Virus record (IMG/VR): IMGVR_UViG_3300013936_000013
Coordinates: 13,246-77,245 of that record
DNA length: 64,000 nucleotides
Source: a virus
Taxonomy: Duplodnaviria > Heunggongvirae > Uroviricota > Caudoviricetes
Reading direction: 5' to 3' (one strand)
In this document: positions 52,701 through 64,000 of the stretch, in pieces
Layout of the letters: every line of letters starts with the position of its first letter
How positions within the stretch are numbered: position 1 is the first letter of the stretch
Translations under genes and position numbers: made by a program
The notes under the pieces: model-generated
Seen by the model: only the letters and a program-made list of their open reading frames with translations
What the model was told of the DNA's origin: nothing
Database searches by the model: none

Positions 52701-54189
52701 TAGTAATGAAGCTGTAATTGAATCTGGCGATTTTTCTACAAGTAAAGGAACGGGTATGTAGATTAACCTTTCTACTCCTGAAATTATCTTTGGTTCAAAT
52801 AAATTCCATGTAGATAAGAATGGTATTTTAACAGCTCAAGACGTTTAGATCACTGGTGGTGTTACTATTGAGACTGATAAAATTAACGTTGGTGATAACA
52901 TTTACAGTGGTTCTCATAACACTTATGGTTCTACTGTTGACGGATTCTTCTTAGGCGCAGATGGCTTATCTATTGGACGCAAGTTTAGTGTTGATCCACA
53001 TGGTACAGTAAAGATTACTGCAGATGCTGATATTAAAGGTAAGATTTATGCTTAGGAAGGTAGCTTCGGCAAAGGTACTCAATAGATTAAGATTGGAACT
53101 AGTAGTAATAATGCTTATAGCTATTTATATAGTAATAGCCATGATACTTTAGATAATACTACTCCAGGTTTCTTCCTTGGACCTCTAGGTTTGTCAATAG
53201 GAAGTAAATTTAATATCACTTTAAGTGAAGATGGCAGGACAGAAAATGTAACCATTAAAGATGCTAACTTAAGTGGTAATTTTGATATTAAAACTGGTAC
53301 ACTTGGAACTGGAATTAAATAGTTACATATAGGCTCAACCGCAGATAAGAGTTTCTTATATGGGCAAGCGCACAATAGCTTAAATAGTAAAGAAGATGGA
53401 TTCTATCTTGGGATAGATGGATTATCTATTGGTAAGAATTTAAATATTGATGCGGCGGGTTCGCTCGTTGCAGATTAGGTTGACATCTCAGGTAAAATTA
53501 AAACTAGTTCTGGTACTTTAGGTTCTGGCTCTAAGAAAATTAATATTGCGGGAGCCGCAGATGTAAGTAGTTTATATACTTAGCTGCATACTGAATTAAC
53601 TAGTACTGAAGACGGTTTGTATCTAGGTACAGATGGCTTTGCCGCAGGTTCTAAACTAAATATTGATAATAAAGGTACTTTGACAGCAAGCGATGTTAAT
53701 TTAACAGGCAACTTTACTATTGAATCAGGGTCTATTGGAGAAGATATTGCTTTAGATAAGGCTATTGGCATTTATAGTAATTCTCACGATGGTTTTGCTG
53801 AAACCACTGATGGTTTCTATCTAGGTATATTAGGGTTATCTATTGGTGAGCATCTATCTATTGATGAAAAAGGTGTCTTAACCGCAGATAATGTTAATAT
53901 TAAGGGCTCAATTCAATCTGATGATATCCAAGTTGGGAAAAATGGTCACTTGACAACCAATGAAAATTTTGATATGATATTATCAGGAAAAGTTAATATT
54001 GAAGATGCCTATTATGAAGAAAATAAAGGTCAAACATCTACTATATAGATTATTGATTCTGTTACTGTTGAAACGAATGAAGAAACTAATTAGATAACTG
54101 GAATTAAAACACATATTAAATAGTTAAAATTTGTTTAGGGCGGTTTAATTGAAGTTAAAGATATTGGAGAGTCAGCTATAAATGAATGA
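49729..54189 (+). CDS. Large tail tip / central fibre protein (code 15, about 1486 aa)
   Basis: Six track fragments in one frame; beta-rich; five C-terminal GFYLG.DGLSIG repeats; ends TGA. Confidence 0.75.
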
Positions 54190-54409
54190 TTTTGAATTAA
54201 GTACCATTCAAGAAGATGTATATAGAGCGGCGAAGGTCTATATGGATAATCATTAGGTTCCTATAATTACTTAGAAAATAATTATGGAAGGCATCTATAA
54301 CCGCTTTTAGACGGATGCATTTAATGAAATGGCTAAGGCTTATCCTGCATTAACTAAGCTGTGGGAATAGAAAGAAAATCAAGATACGCAAGAAGATTCG
54401 AGCGATTAA
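54182..54409 (+). CDS. Hypothetical protein (code 15, 75 aa)
   Basis: ATG overlaps upstream gene end; 4 TAG; ends TAA before terminator. Confidence 0.6.
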
Positions 54410-54415
54410 GACTTC

Positions 54416-54459
54416 AGTGGGCAGATGGTCTGTTTTGGACCATTTGTCCACTTTTTTTT
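54416..54459 (+). terminator. Intrinsic terminator
   Basis: AGTGGGCAGATGGTC...GACCATTTGTCCACT plus T-run. Confidence 0.75.
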
Positions 54460-54497
54460 TGATATATTTTTAGTAATATATCAAAAGGAGGAGTCAA

Positions 54498-55007
54498 ATG
54501 CTAGATTTATTAGAAAAGTTAGAAGGCTAGTCATTTGTTTCCATTTTGGTTTGGGTCGTATTAATTGCCTTTGCTATTAAAGGCGTAATTAGCTATATGG
54601 ATTGGGCTCAAAGCGAAGTGGATACAGCAGTTTCAAAGCGGAAAAAAGCCGAGAAAAAAGAAGAATCAATTCAAGAATAGCTTGATAAAAATAAAAGAGA
54701 AAATGAAGAGCTAAAAGAAAATTAGCAAAAAATGATGGAGCTGATTAACAGTTTGACAGAAAAAATTGAATTGTTAATTGTATCTGATAAAGATGATATA
54801 AAATCTTTTCTTACAAGAGAGCATCATTATTTTTGTTATCAACAAGGATGGATTGATGATTATAGCTTGGAATGTTGTGAACGTAGATTTGAGCATTATC
54901 AAGCTGAACATGGTAATTCCTATATTGAGAATTTTATGAATGAAATGCGGGCTTTGCCTAAACAGCCGCCTCAATATAGAAAAGAACAATAGAAACCTAG
55001 AGAATAA
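54498..55007 (+). CDS. Holin-like / lysis-associated membrane protein (code 15, 169 aa)
   Basis: AGGAGG RBS; N-terminal TM (FVSILVWVVLIAFAIKGVI), coiled coil, GWIDDYSLEC...YQAEHGNSY C-domain; 4 TAG; function inferred. Confidence 0.5.
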
Positions 55008-55035
55008 AAAATAAGAGATAAAAGGAGAGAAGGAC

Positions 55036-57624
55036 ATGGCAGTAGGAAACAATTTATATCCACCAATTATAGCAACTTATATGCCAGCTTTCGTTAGAAC
55101 ATCTCCTTGTAAAGTGTATTTCTCTCTATCTTCTTTTAATTCCCCAGAAGATATTATGAATGTCTAGATTACAGTATCTAATATTAATACTAATGAAAGT
55201 GTATTAAGAAAGAGTCTATATCCTTCTGATATAAAAATTAGTTAGCTTAATATTGATACTGCAATTTAGACAGATGAGAAATATTACGTTGTAATTAATC
55301 CTGGAGATGTACAATAGTCAGCAGATGGAACATCTGCATTTGAATTAAATCAATTTTATAAAGTACAATTAAGATTCACTGCGGTTGGAGCTGAATAGCC
55401 ACCAGAGACCAAGATCGCCGCATGGCTTCTTAATAATCAAAAATATTTTTCTGAATGGTCAACTGTCTGTTTAATCAAAGGCATTGAATAGCCAATAATT
55501 AATTTACATGGTTTAGGAACTTCTAGTTCTCAGACTATTTTTACTACTTAGCTTTAGGCTATTGTAGGTTCTATGAGTTATTCTGCAAACACAAATGTGG
55601 AGACAGAAACTCTAAAGGCTTATTCAATCCAAATAGCGACCGCAGACGCACCAAGCACTTATGCTGTTGATAGTGGAACTGTTTATACAGATAGTTTTAA
55701 TCCTAATGAGATTAATTATCCTCTGAAATATGAACTTAAAGAAGATTAGCCATATATTTTGACTTTTACTTATGTTACTAAAAATAATTATACTGCAACT
55801 AATACCTATAAGTTTATTATTAATGCTTATAGTATTGAAAGACTTGATGCTACTATTACCGCAGAGCTTAATGAAGAAGAAGGCTATATCTCAGTTAATA
55901 TTAAAAATGATGAAATTATTAAGTTCTATGGCAATCTATTGATTCGCCGTACAAGTAATTTAAGTAATTTCGCTGAATGGGAAGATATTCATATCATTAA
56001 TGTTAAAGATATTTCTGCTCTTGATGTAACTTGGAATGATTTTTCAGTTGAGAGTGGCGTTTGGTATAAATATGGATTTTAGAAAATTTCTAACAATATT
56101 AGAAGCCCATTAGTAAAGATGAAAAATGCTATTCTTGCAACTTTTGAGTATAGTTTTTTGAATGGCTCTGATAGACAGCTGAAATTAAAGTTTGATGCTA
56201 GTGTTAGTTCTTTTAAACCAACTGTATCAGAATCTAAAACAGATACTTTAGGTAGTTAGTATCCTGTCATTCGCCGTAATGGCAAAACTAATTATAAATA
56301 GTTTACTTTATCTGGACTAATTTCTAGTTATCAAGATGAGTTTGGTAATTTTACCACAAAAGATGAACTATATGGTGAAAGTAAACAAGACTATGCCGAT
56401 TATAATAGTAATAATGATATTAATGAGCAATATGACTATATTTTAGAAACAGCATTTAGAAATAAGGTATTATCCTTCTTAAATGATAACACTGTAAAGC
56501 TATTTCGGTCTCCAACTGAAGGAAATATTCTAGTTAAATTAATGAATATTTCTCTTTCGCCAAAAGAAGAATTAGGACGAATGTTATATACATTTTCCGC
56601 GAATGCTTATGAGATAGATACTGTTACTCTTGATAATTTGTTTACTTATAAAGTAGTATCTCAAGGACAAGAGAGTCATACTATTTCATCAGTTTTCTTT
56701 GGACTTGGATAGATTCAGACTTCAGTTAAAGCTGGAGCTGATATTATTCAATTAATTTAGAATAAACTGAATAAAAAAGCTAATACTGGTTTTGATGAAA
56801 AACTTAATTATTTAAGTAATATTAAAATTAGCTTTGAATCTGACCCTGTATTATTAACTGAAGGCATTGCGGGTCCTGAGGTAGTAAGAAATAGCTTTAA
56901 TCCAACAAATAGTATGTCTGGATATTTAATTTCTCTAAATGGTAATTCTATTATTGTTAATTAGAAGGGCTATTATGAATTGAGTAATACTAATATTACT
57001 TCATTCTCAGTTCTATGTGACTGCAAAGTTACTTTAGATTATGTGTATAACTATACTGAAACCGCAAAAGAAGGTAATCAAGAAGCTGTGAGAATTGAAT
57101 ATACTAATAGAGTAGGACAACTGCAAGGCATTTACAATTCTACTCAAGATATTATTTAGAAGATTTATACTAAATATTTATAGAATCAAAAGAGCTTTTA
57201 TCAAAAATTAGTTGCGGTTAATGGCATCTCAATCGAAGCTGACCCGCATACAGTTCTCTATATTTAGGATGCTTTTGACTCTCAAGAGTATAAGCATGAA
57301 ATTGGTGACACAAGTATTCTGACTCTATATGATGCGGATACGGCAATTTCTAAAATGCATATTTGCGGAATTCACCTATTACCATTCTAGGGTGAAAACT
57401 TAAATAAAATGAGACTAGATCAATACTACGACACTCAAGCTACCGCTGCAAACATTGAAGAGATATTGAGTCCTATTGATAGAGGAGTTTATACTATTGA
57501 TTCTCAGCGTATGATTTATTATCGTGGTTAGTGGTTAGATTTTCCCGCAGATAATATCTTAGATGTACCTGTTGAAGCATTAATTGATTATCATTGTGAA
57601 GTTTTGAAAGGAGAATATTTATGA
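55036..57624 (+). CDS. Baseplate/distal tail protein with Ig/FN3-like domains (code 15, about 862 aa)
   Basis: AAGGAG RBS; read-through to a TGA overlapping the next ATG; DFSVESGVWYKY and LFRSPTEGNILV motifs. Confidence 0.65.
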
Positions 57625-59627
57625 TATATGAGTATCTAAAAAATTCTGCTTTCTTAAAGAAAATTGATGAAATGCCATTAAAAGAACAATTTGTTAAAAT
57701 TATTGTTCTTGACTTTTTAGAGAATCCTATTACAGAGATTCAAGGAAAAGTGACATCAGGAAGTATTAACCTTAATGGCTCTTCTGCGGTGCGTCGAACC
57801 GCGAACTTAAGTATGGTAGCAGATGATGCTAATAATGATGTGAGAAGTGTAAATAATCTTCTTTCTATCAATAAAAAAATTAAACTAGAAATAGGATTTA
57901 CTAATATGACATCTGATTATTAGCAATACCCTATTATCTGGTTTCCTTTAGGCGTTTATGTTATTATTACTCCATCTATTGTACATAATAATACTGGAAT
58001 TAATATTTCACTTCAACTTAAAGATAAGATGTGTCTATTAAATGGAGACTGTGGGGGCGCTTTGCCCGCATCAATCACTTTCCATGAAACTTCTTATGAA
58101 GATGATAAAGGTAATACTATTATTGAAAGAACCAAGGTTTACAGCTTAATTCAAGAGTTAGTGAATCACTGGGGCAAAGAGTAGCTTGGTAAGATTATTA
58201 TTAGTGATGTAGATACTCGTATTAAGAAAGTAATGAAGTGGAAAGGTTCTACTCCATTATATATGGGCACTATTGCTTCTGAAGATGAAGTTTAGTATGA
58301 TGTAACCACCAATTTAGAAACCGCAAAACAGCAATGGGGAACTGCTTTTAAAACCTATGAAACTTAGCAAGATGTAGGTTATATCTATACTGACTTTGTT
58401 TATACTGATGACTTGATTGGTAATGCTGGTGATTCAGTATGTACAATCTTAGATAAGGTTAAAAGCTATTTAGGTAATTATGAATATTTTTATGATATAG
58501 ATGGAAACTTTATTTTTTAGGAAATAAAGAATTATTTAAATACTTCAAAGGCAACAGTAGATATTTAGAATTTATCTAATTCAGATTACTTGACAGATTT
58601 TTCTAATGGTAAATCTGTTTATACTTTTGATGAAAGTAAATTAAATACATCTTTTACTATGAATCCTCAATATAATATGATTAAAAATGATTATATTATT
58701 TGGGGCATTAGAACAACATCTGATAACGCTAAAATCCCTATTCGATATCATCTTGCAATAGATAAAAAACCGCAGGTAGGCAATACTTATGTAGTTTATT
58801 TATATGAAGATGATGACGTAACAAAAGCTAAGAAACTAATTGAATATGATAATCTGAATGATTTTCCCTCTAAGGGAACTTATGGATTATATTATTTAGA
58901 CAAAGCTACTTAGAAGGTTTATACTTGGATTAATGGTTATGTAGAATAGACAAAAGGTAAAATTAAAACAATAGTAACTAAAGATTGGCGTACTGAGTTA
59001 TATCTTGCGGGAACCAATGCTAGTAACTTGGGACTAAATTCTAATGATTATTATAGTGAGCTTTAGAATGAATGGCCTAGATTATATGATTTAGAGAAGC
59101 AAGAATTTAAAGAATCTGTATTGGATGACCCAACAAGCATCAATTACTTCTTAGACTTTATTGATTCAACTGCCGCAATAAGCGAATTAAGCATTGGGAA
59201 TATTGGTAAAAGAAGTAAAGTTATTTCTAACAACGATATTAATTGTATTTTTGCATCTGAAATTCCTAATTTAGTTTTAATTGAAAAAGGGCAAGAAGAT
59301 ACAGCAGAAAGAGTGCAAGAATGTCAAGCCGCAGGGCAGGATTTTATTTAGGTTTCTAGTACAATTTATGCTTAGCTTAGTGGTGGTGGACAGTCGTATC
59401 CCGCATATTCACAGGTTAGAGAACTATTGTATTAGTACACTAATTATAATGAAAGTATTTCTATGTCTGCAATTCCTGTATATTATCTTGAACCTAATAC
59501 TAGAATTACAGTAAGAGATGATTCAAGCAAGATTTATGGTGATTATGTAATTAAAACTATTACTTTACCTCTTGATATTTCTGGTACAATGAATATTCAA
59601 GCAACAAAGGCATTAGAGAGATTCTAA
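57621..59627 (+). CDS. Baseplate hub / Tal-like tail protein (DUF5048-like; code 15, 668 aa)
   Basis: GSINLNGSSAVRRTANLS, YFYDIDGNFIF; three fragments in one frame; ends TAA. Confidence 0.65.
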
Positions 59628-59642
59628 TAAAAAGGAGATAAA

Positions 59643-60323
59643 ATGAGTTATAATATTGGACAATTTAGACGTGCTTAGCTAAGCATTGCTAATTATCGTA
59701 CTCTATTGAAGTATAATATTACAACAGTAACAAATAATAATACTAATGTCACTTTCTTAGATACAGCAATCTCTTTAACTAGCGGTTCTGTATTAGATAA
59801 TAAACATTCTTATTATTTGCGGTTTACTGTTAAACAAATGAACTCTGTATAGAATTTTTCTTTGTAGTTACAGAACTCTAACGACTCTTAGACTATTGAA
59901 GACTATACAGTTCCCGCAGGTACTGGTTCTACTACTTTTGATATTGTGTTTACTCCAAATGCAACATATAATTTAATTGTTTTTGTACTTGCAAGAACAA
60001 CAGAAGATTATAATGTAATTGAAAATTCTCAATATGGTAGAATAATGGATATTACAGTCAATGAGAATAATATCTATTTAATGACTAATATTATTGATAC
60101 TCTTGCTTCAACTTATGGCTTAACTGAACTTACTCGTATTGGAGTCCAAGGACCAACAGGTTTAATGATGAGTATTAATGGAGAACAAATTAAAATTGGT
60201 AAAACTGGCATTTATGAATTAAATGATGTTAATATTAAAATAACTTATCTAGGTTTTGCATTAAAAGATAACGTATTAAATGTAGATGGTTATGATAATT
60301 TTATTTTAGATTTTGAGTATTAA
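59643..60323 (+). CDS. Tail-associated hypothetical protein (code 15, 226 aa)
   Basis: AAGGAG RBS; C-terminal RIGVQGP...SINGE.IKIGKTGIYEL domain. Confidence 0.7.
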
Positions 60324-60337
60324 GAAGGAGGATTAAA

Positions 60338-62518
60338 ATGTCAGAAAGTTTCTATGGCGGAAAGGCAGGAACCCCTTTCGTAATTGCAAAATCTTATAAT
60401 AGTGTTAATGCTATGATTGCGGATTTCGCTAAAGGTCCCGCGTTAACAGCAGTTCAATATGGCGAGCATGTTATTATCAATACTGATGATAAAAACAACA
60501 GTAATAATGGTGCACTATATCGCCGCGGATATGATTATAATAATAGTATGGGCGGCGCTATTTATGTTGGCACTATTGTTGGACCTTCCGGCAAGTCACC
60601 CATGTTTGAACTTACCACTCTTGAAAATATTAAAGATATTACTTTTAAAGATTCGGATGAAGTAAGACAAGCAACTGGAGCTTGGAATGTTTCTAATAAA
60701 AGTTTAATTCCAGGCAAAACTGATTCTGAATTTAATGATGATATTTCTTGGAGCTATATTACTATTCGTGATTAGTATGGTACAGATACAACAGCATGGG
60801 TTGGCATCAGAATTCCATATCATGTTCTTGAAATGGATGCATAGAGCGTATCTGCATACTACAATAGAGATAAGGAAACCGCAGATTTTAAGAATGTAAG
60901 TTTAGTTGAGCGTGATGACGACCAAGAACATCCGTTCTATTCACACTGGTTTGTGCGAATTCCTAAGGGTATTAAAGGTGACGCTCTAAAGAATTTTAGA
61001 GTTATTGAAGCTAGCGATGTAATTCAAGATTATGAAGGCAAAACTGATGATATTAATAATCATCGCAAGGTTTTAGTTTATGATTACTATTGCTATGATG
61101 CAAAAGAAAATGGTGAACCAAAAACTCTATATCTTGGCGATTTCAATATGATTGATACTATTAATCTTGCAGATGATGGTACTTTTACTATTAATTATAC
61201 CCATGATAATACTGTTACTTATGCAAAAAAAATTAAATGGGTTACATCAGTTTCTCTTGCGGCAGATGGCACTTTTATTACAAAGTTTAATGATGGCACT
61301 AATTATACCACATCTTTAACTTGGGTGAAGAATATCTTATTAGCTAATGATGGTACTGTTACTTTTTAGTATTCTAATCAAGTGGATGTAGTTAAAAAGA
61401 ATCTAATTAAGTGGATTAATTCAGTTAGTTTGGATAAGACTACTGGAGTTTTTAATATTGCATTTAATGATTCTACTAAATATGATGCATCACTTACTTG
61501 GGTTAAAGATATTTTGCTAGCCGCAGATGGCACCTTAACTTTTAAGTATACTGACTAGGCAGACGTTGTAAAGAATAAATTAATTAAATGGATTACTTCT
61601 ACGACATTAAATAGCACTACTGGCATATTTCATATTGATTATAATGATGGTTCTAATTACGAAACTACATTAAAATGGATTAATGGAATTTCGCTTGCGG
61701 ATAATGGCACTATTACTTTTACCTATACTACTGGTGACTCTGAAACATTAGAGAACAAAATTAAGTGGATTACTACCACTGAATTAGCAACCAATGGTAC
61801 ATTAACCATTAATTATAATGATGGAACCAAAGAAGTTTTTGATAAAAAGATTTAGTGGATTACAAATATTACTTTAACTGATAAAGGTGTTTTAACTATT
61901 AATTATAATAATGGTACACCAGCTTTCACTAAGAATTTAGTCTGGCCTATAAGGATCGAGTTTGATTCAAAAGATAGTGAAGCTAATCCTGGCGCTCAAG
62001 TTATTAAGGTAACTTATAACAATGGTACTATTGAAACTATTGGTCAACCGCTTAACTCAATTATGCGCATGGAAGTGAATCCTGCTAATTATCATTTATT
62101 GATTTTATTTACTAATCCATCTAAACGTGGTACTGTAACTTATGATGGCGTTACAGGATGGGTTGATTATGGAGCAATTAAAGATTATGATGGATTGTTT
62201 GTCGGACCTATTCTTAGTGATGCTACTATTGTTAGCCTAAAGAATGCTACGGTTTCTGCTTGTATTACTTATCTAAATACTGCTTATCCAACTGGGTTAA
62301 CTGGTAGTAATCAAGGAAAAGTATTAACTATTTCTCAAGATGATGATACAGTACACACTTTCTATGGTTTTGATTATGATGCAAATAAATGGAAGTATCT
62401 AGGCTCTTTTGATAAGACTACTATTTATATGTGCGCAGCAAGAGAGACAGATACAGATTATGAGTTGAAAAAAGAGCGATTAGCTGTGGGTGGTATCTGC
62501 TTTATTATTGAGGATTAA
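60338..62518 (+). CDS. Tail fibre-like protein with about 10 tandem beta-repeats (code 15, 726 aa)
   Basis: GGAGG RBS; MSESFYGGKAG; three fragments in one frame; KW(I/V)..(..)L..DGT..I.Y repeats. Confidence 0.7.
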
Positions 62519-62520
62519 TT

Positions 62521-62787
62521 ATGAATAATTATTATAAACAGATAGTGGGTCCAATAGCTAAAGGAACTGATATTTGTTCATTATTAAGTGCGGATGCTAG
62601 TAACTTTAATGCTATCACTAAATTAGGTATTTAGTCTAAAGAAAATCATTCTTTTAGCATTAATGGTAAGTCTTTTGCGGTTGGATCTACTGGAATCTAT
62701 GAAACTCAAAAAGGTGTTAATATTAACACTTGTATTGCAGAACAAGATGAAGATGAATTTACAATCATTGATTGTATCTGCGAATAA
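62521..62787 (+). CDS. Small tail-associated protein, paralogous to the C-domain of 59643-60323 (code 15, 88 aa)
   Basis: KLGI(TAG)SK...SINGKSFAVGSTGIYE aligns with RIGVQGP...SINGEQIKIGKTGIYE. Confidence 0.7.
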
Positions 62788-62789
62788 AT

Positions 62790-62840
62790 AAATTGGGGTT
62801 TATGATGGAACTAAAATCTATCATAAACCCCAATTTTTTG
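62790..62840 (+). terminator. Intrinsic terminator ending the tail operon
   Basis: AATTGGGGTTTATGAT...ATCATAAACCCCAATT plus T-run. Confidence 0.8.
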
Positions 62841-62996
62841 TTTTTGTGAAGAAGTTTTCATTTTAAAAATAATCAGGTACTTCCTGTTAAATTTTCAAAT
62901 TTTAATTGAAACTTGGACAGAGACTTTTTAGAAATTTTAATTAAAATTTATATACTTATGCAAGGGACAAAAGAAAGGAGTTTTAATTAAAATTTT

Positions 62997-63452
62997 ATGA
63001 ATTATTATAATCCAAGTTTTTATCCTTCTTATAATGGAAATATTTAGATACCACCATCTCAATACTATCTCAATTAGCAACCTCAACAGGTAATGAATAA
63101 TCTATCGGCAAATGGATTAAATGGCAAATTAGTAGATAGTGAAGATATGGCTAGAGTAACTGAAGTTCCTATCGGTGGATATGGAATTTTTCCAAAAGCA
63201 GATTTAAGTGAAGTATATATTAAATCGTGGAATTAGAATGGCACCACAAGCATTACAACATTTAAACCTTGCTTTTCACAATAGTAGAAAGAAGAAAACT
63301 CTTTAAATACCGATATGAGCACTATTATAGAGAAGATTAATTTGTTAGAAAATAAGTTAGATGCGGTTTTAGCTTCAAAATCTTAGGTCTAGACTGAAGT
63401 GAAAAAGGCAGAACCCGCAAGAAAGGACAGTAACAATGCAAGCAAATATTAA
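62997..63452 (+). CDS. Hypothetical protein with Gln/Asn/Pro-rich N-terminus (code 15, 151 aa)
   Basis: GAAAGGAG RBS; 7 TAG including tandem CAA TAG TAG; ends TAA. Confidence 0.75.
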
Positions 63453-63684
63453 TAATCCAATGTAGCTCTTGAGCTTTATCAAGAAAAATCCTAATCCTTC
63501 TCAATTTGTTTATAATATGGTTCAAGAAAGTATGGGCTAGAATCCCTTGTTTGCTAATCTTTTAGCTCTTGCTAAGGATAATAATGGGCAAGAAATAGAA
63601 AAAGTTGCCCGCAATATTATGACTGAGCAGGGCTATGACTTTGATAAGGAGTTTAATAATTTCAAACAAATGATGGGATTATAA
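63436..63684 (+). CDS. Hypothetical protein (code 15, 82 aa)
   Basis: AAGGA RBS; MQANINNPM(TAG)LLSFIKKNPNP...; ends TAA. Confidence 0.7.
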
Positions 63685-63722
63685 ACTCTAAAAAATAAAC
63701 ATATAATATATGGAGGTACTTT

Positions 63723-64000
63723 ATGTTTAATAATGATGGTTATAGTTTAAGTGATATCGCGGCAGTTACCGGAGAAAATGGCTTCAATGGTAATGGAGGT
63801 GCCTGGTGGATTATTATCTTGTTCCTATTTTGTTTTATGGGCTGGGGTGGTAATGGTTTTAATCGAGGAAATATGCCACCTATGAACCCAACTGGAACAC
63901 CAGCAACCGCAGGAGAAGTGTAGAATCAGTTTAACTTTGCCGCATTAGAGCGCCAGAATAATGAAATTATTGAAGCAATTCGTCAGGGTGTTTATGACAC
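63723..64000 (+). CDS. Gly-rich membrane-anchored protein, partial (code 15)
   Basis: GGAGG RBS; GGAWWIIILFLFCFMGWGGNG; continues past TAG at 63921 to the window end. Confidence 0.7.

Larger units (their letters stand above)
15967..64000. other. Region using alternative genetic code 15 (TAG = Gln)
   Basis: ORF-track fragments of each gene share one frame, are separated only by TAG, and join into full genes ending in TAA/TGA next to the following RBS/start. TAG falls on Gln positions: EFQGI*HY in the PD-(D/E)xK nuclease, AGTR*YNNL in the tape measure, and MTRKRF*KL versus paralog MTKKRFQKL (CAA). Confidence 0.96.

Noticed and set aside
35527-54992. Near-terminal TAGs (35527, 54990) acting as true stops
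   Set aside because: The same genes have upstream TAGs that must be read through, and a TAA follows within 3-5 codons; at most relics of older stops.
34650-57624. TGA recoding (code 4/25) in addition to TAG
   Set aside because: TGA ends genes at coupled junctions (35243, 37101 overlapping TTG, 54189, 57624 overlapping ATG) and was not seen inside conserved domains.
49729-62518. Diversity-generating retroelement target in tail genes
   Set aside because: No reverse transcriptase and no near-identical TR/VR pair differing at adenines seen; repeats are old protein-level duplications.
23698-64000. Mass pseudogenisation or sequencing frameshifts as the cause of fragmented ORFs
   Set aside because: Fragments stay in frame and are broken only by TAG, never TAA/TGA; conserved motifs run through the TAG codons.

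Overview
A 64 kb segment of a large tailed dsDNA phage genome. It is probably a siphovirus (about 2,980-aa tape measure, no sheath gene seen) of a Bacillota host (inferred from sigmaA-type promoters and AGGAGG-type RBSs). Three zones are visible. (1) 1-15.9 kb: a comparatively GC-rich early region of about 40 small minus-strand genes. Most have their own TTGACA-N17-TATAAT promoter, and they are interleaved with plus-strand promoters that drive only short hairpin RNAs. The zone also holds a tRNA-like RNA with no anticodon arm. The genes I checked here use TAG neither as sense nor as stop. (2) 16-23.6 kb: an AT-rich minus-strand block carrying an NAD+ module (Prs-like, NAMPT-fold PRTase, macrodomain, NadE, PncA) and small genes that already use TAG as a sense codon. 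(3) 23.7-64 kb: the plus-strand morphogenesis region (terminase, portal, protease-scaffold, capsid, head-tail, tail, tape measure, tail tip, holin-like gene). It looks shattered in the supplied ORF track only because TAG encodes Gln (genetic code 15). The large terminase is split by a group I intron that carries a recoded HNH homing endonuclease and appears to end in A rather than the canonical omega-G. No suppressor tRNA, release factor, endolysin, integrase or CRISPR array is visible in this window. Coordinates of recoded genes come from manual TAG read-through. The three longest recoded genes were spot-checked, not read codon by codon.
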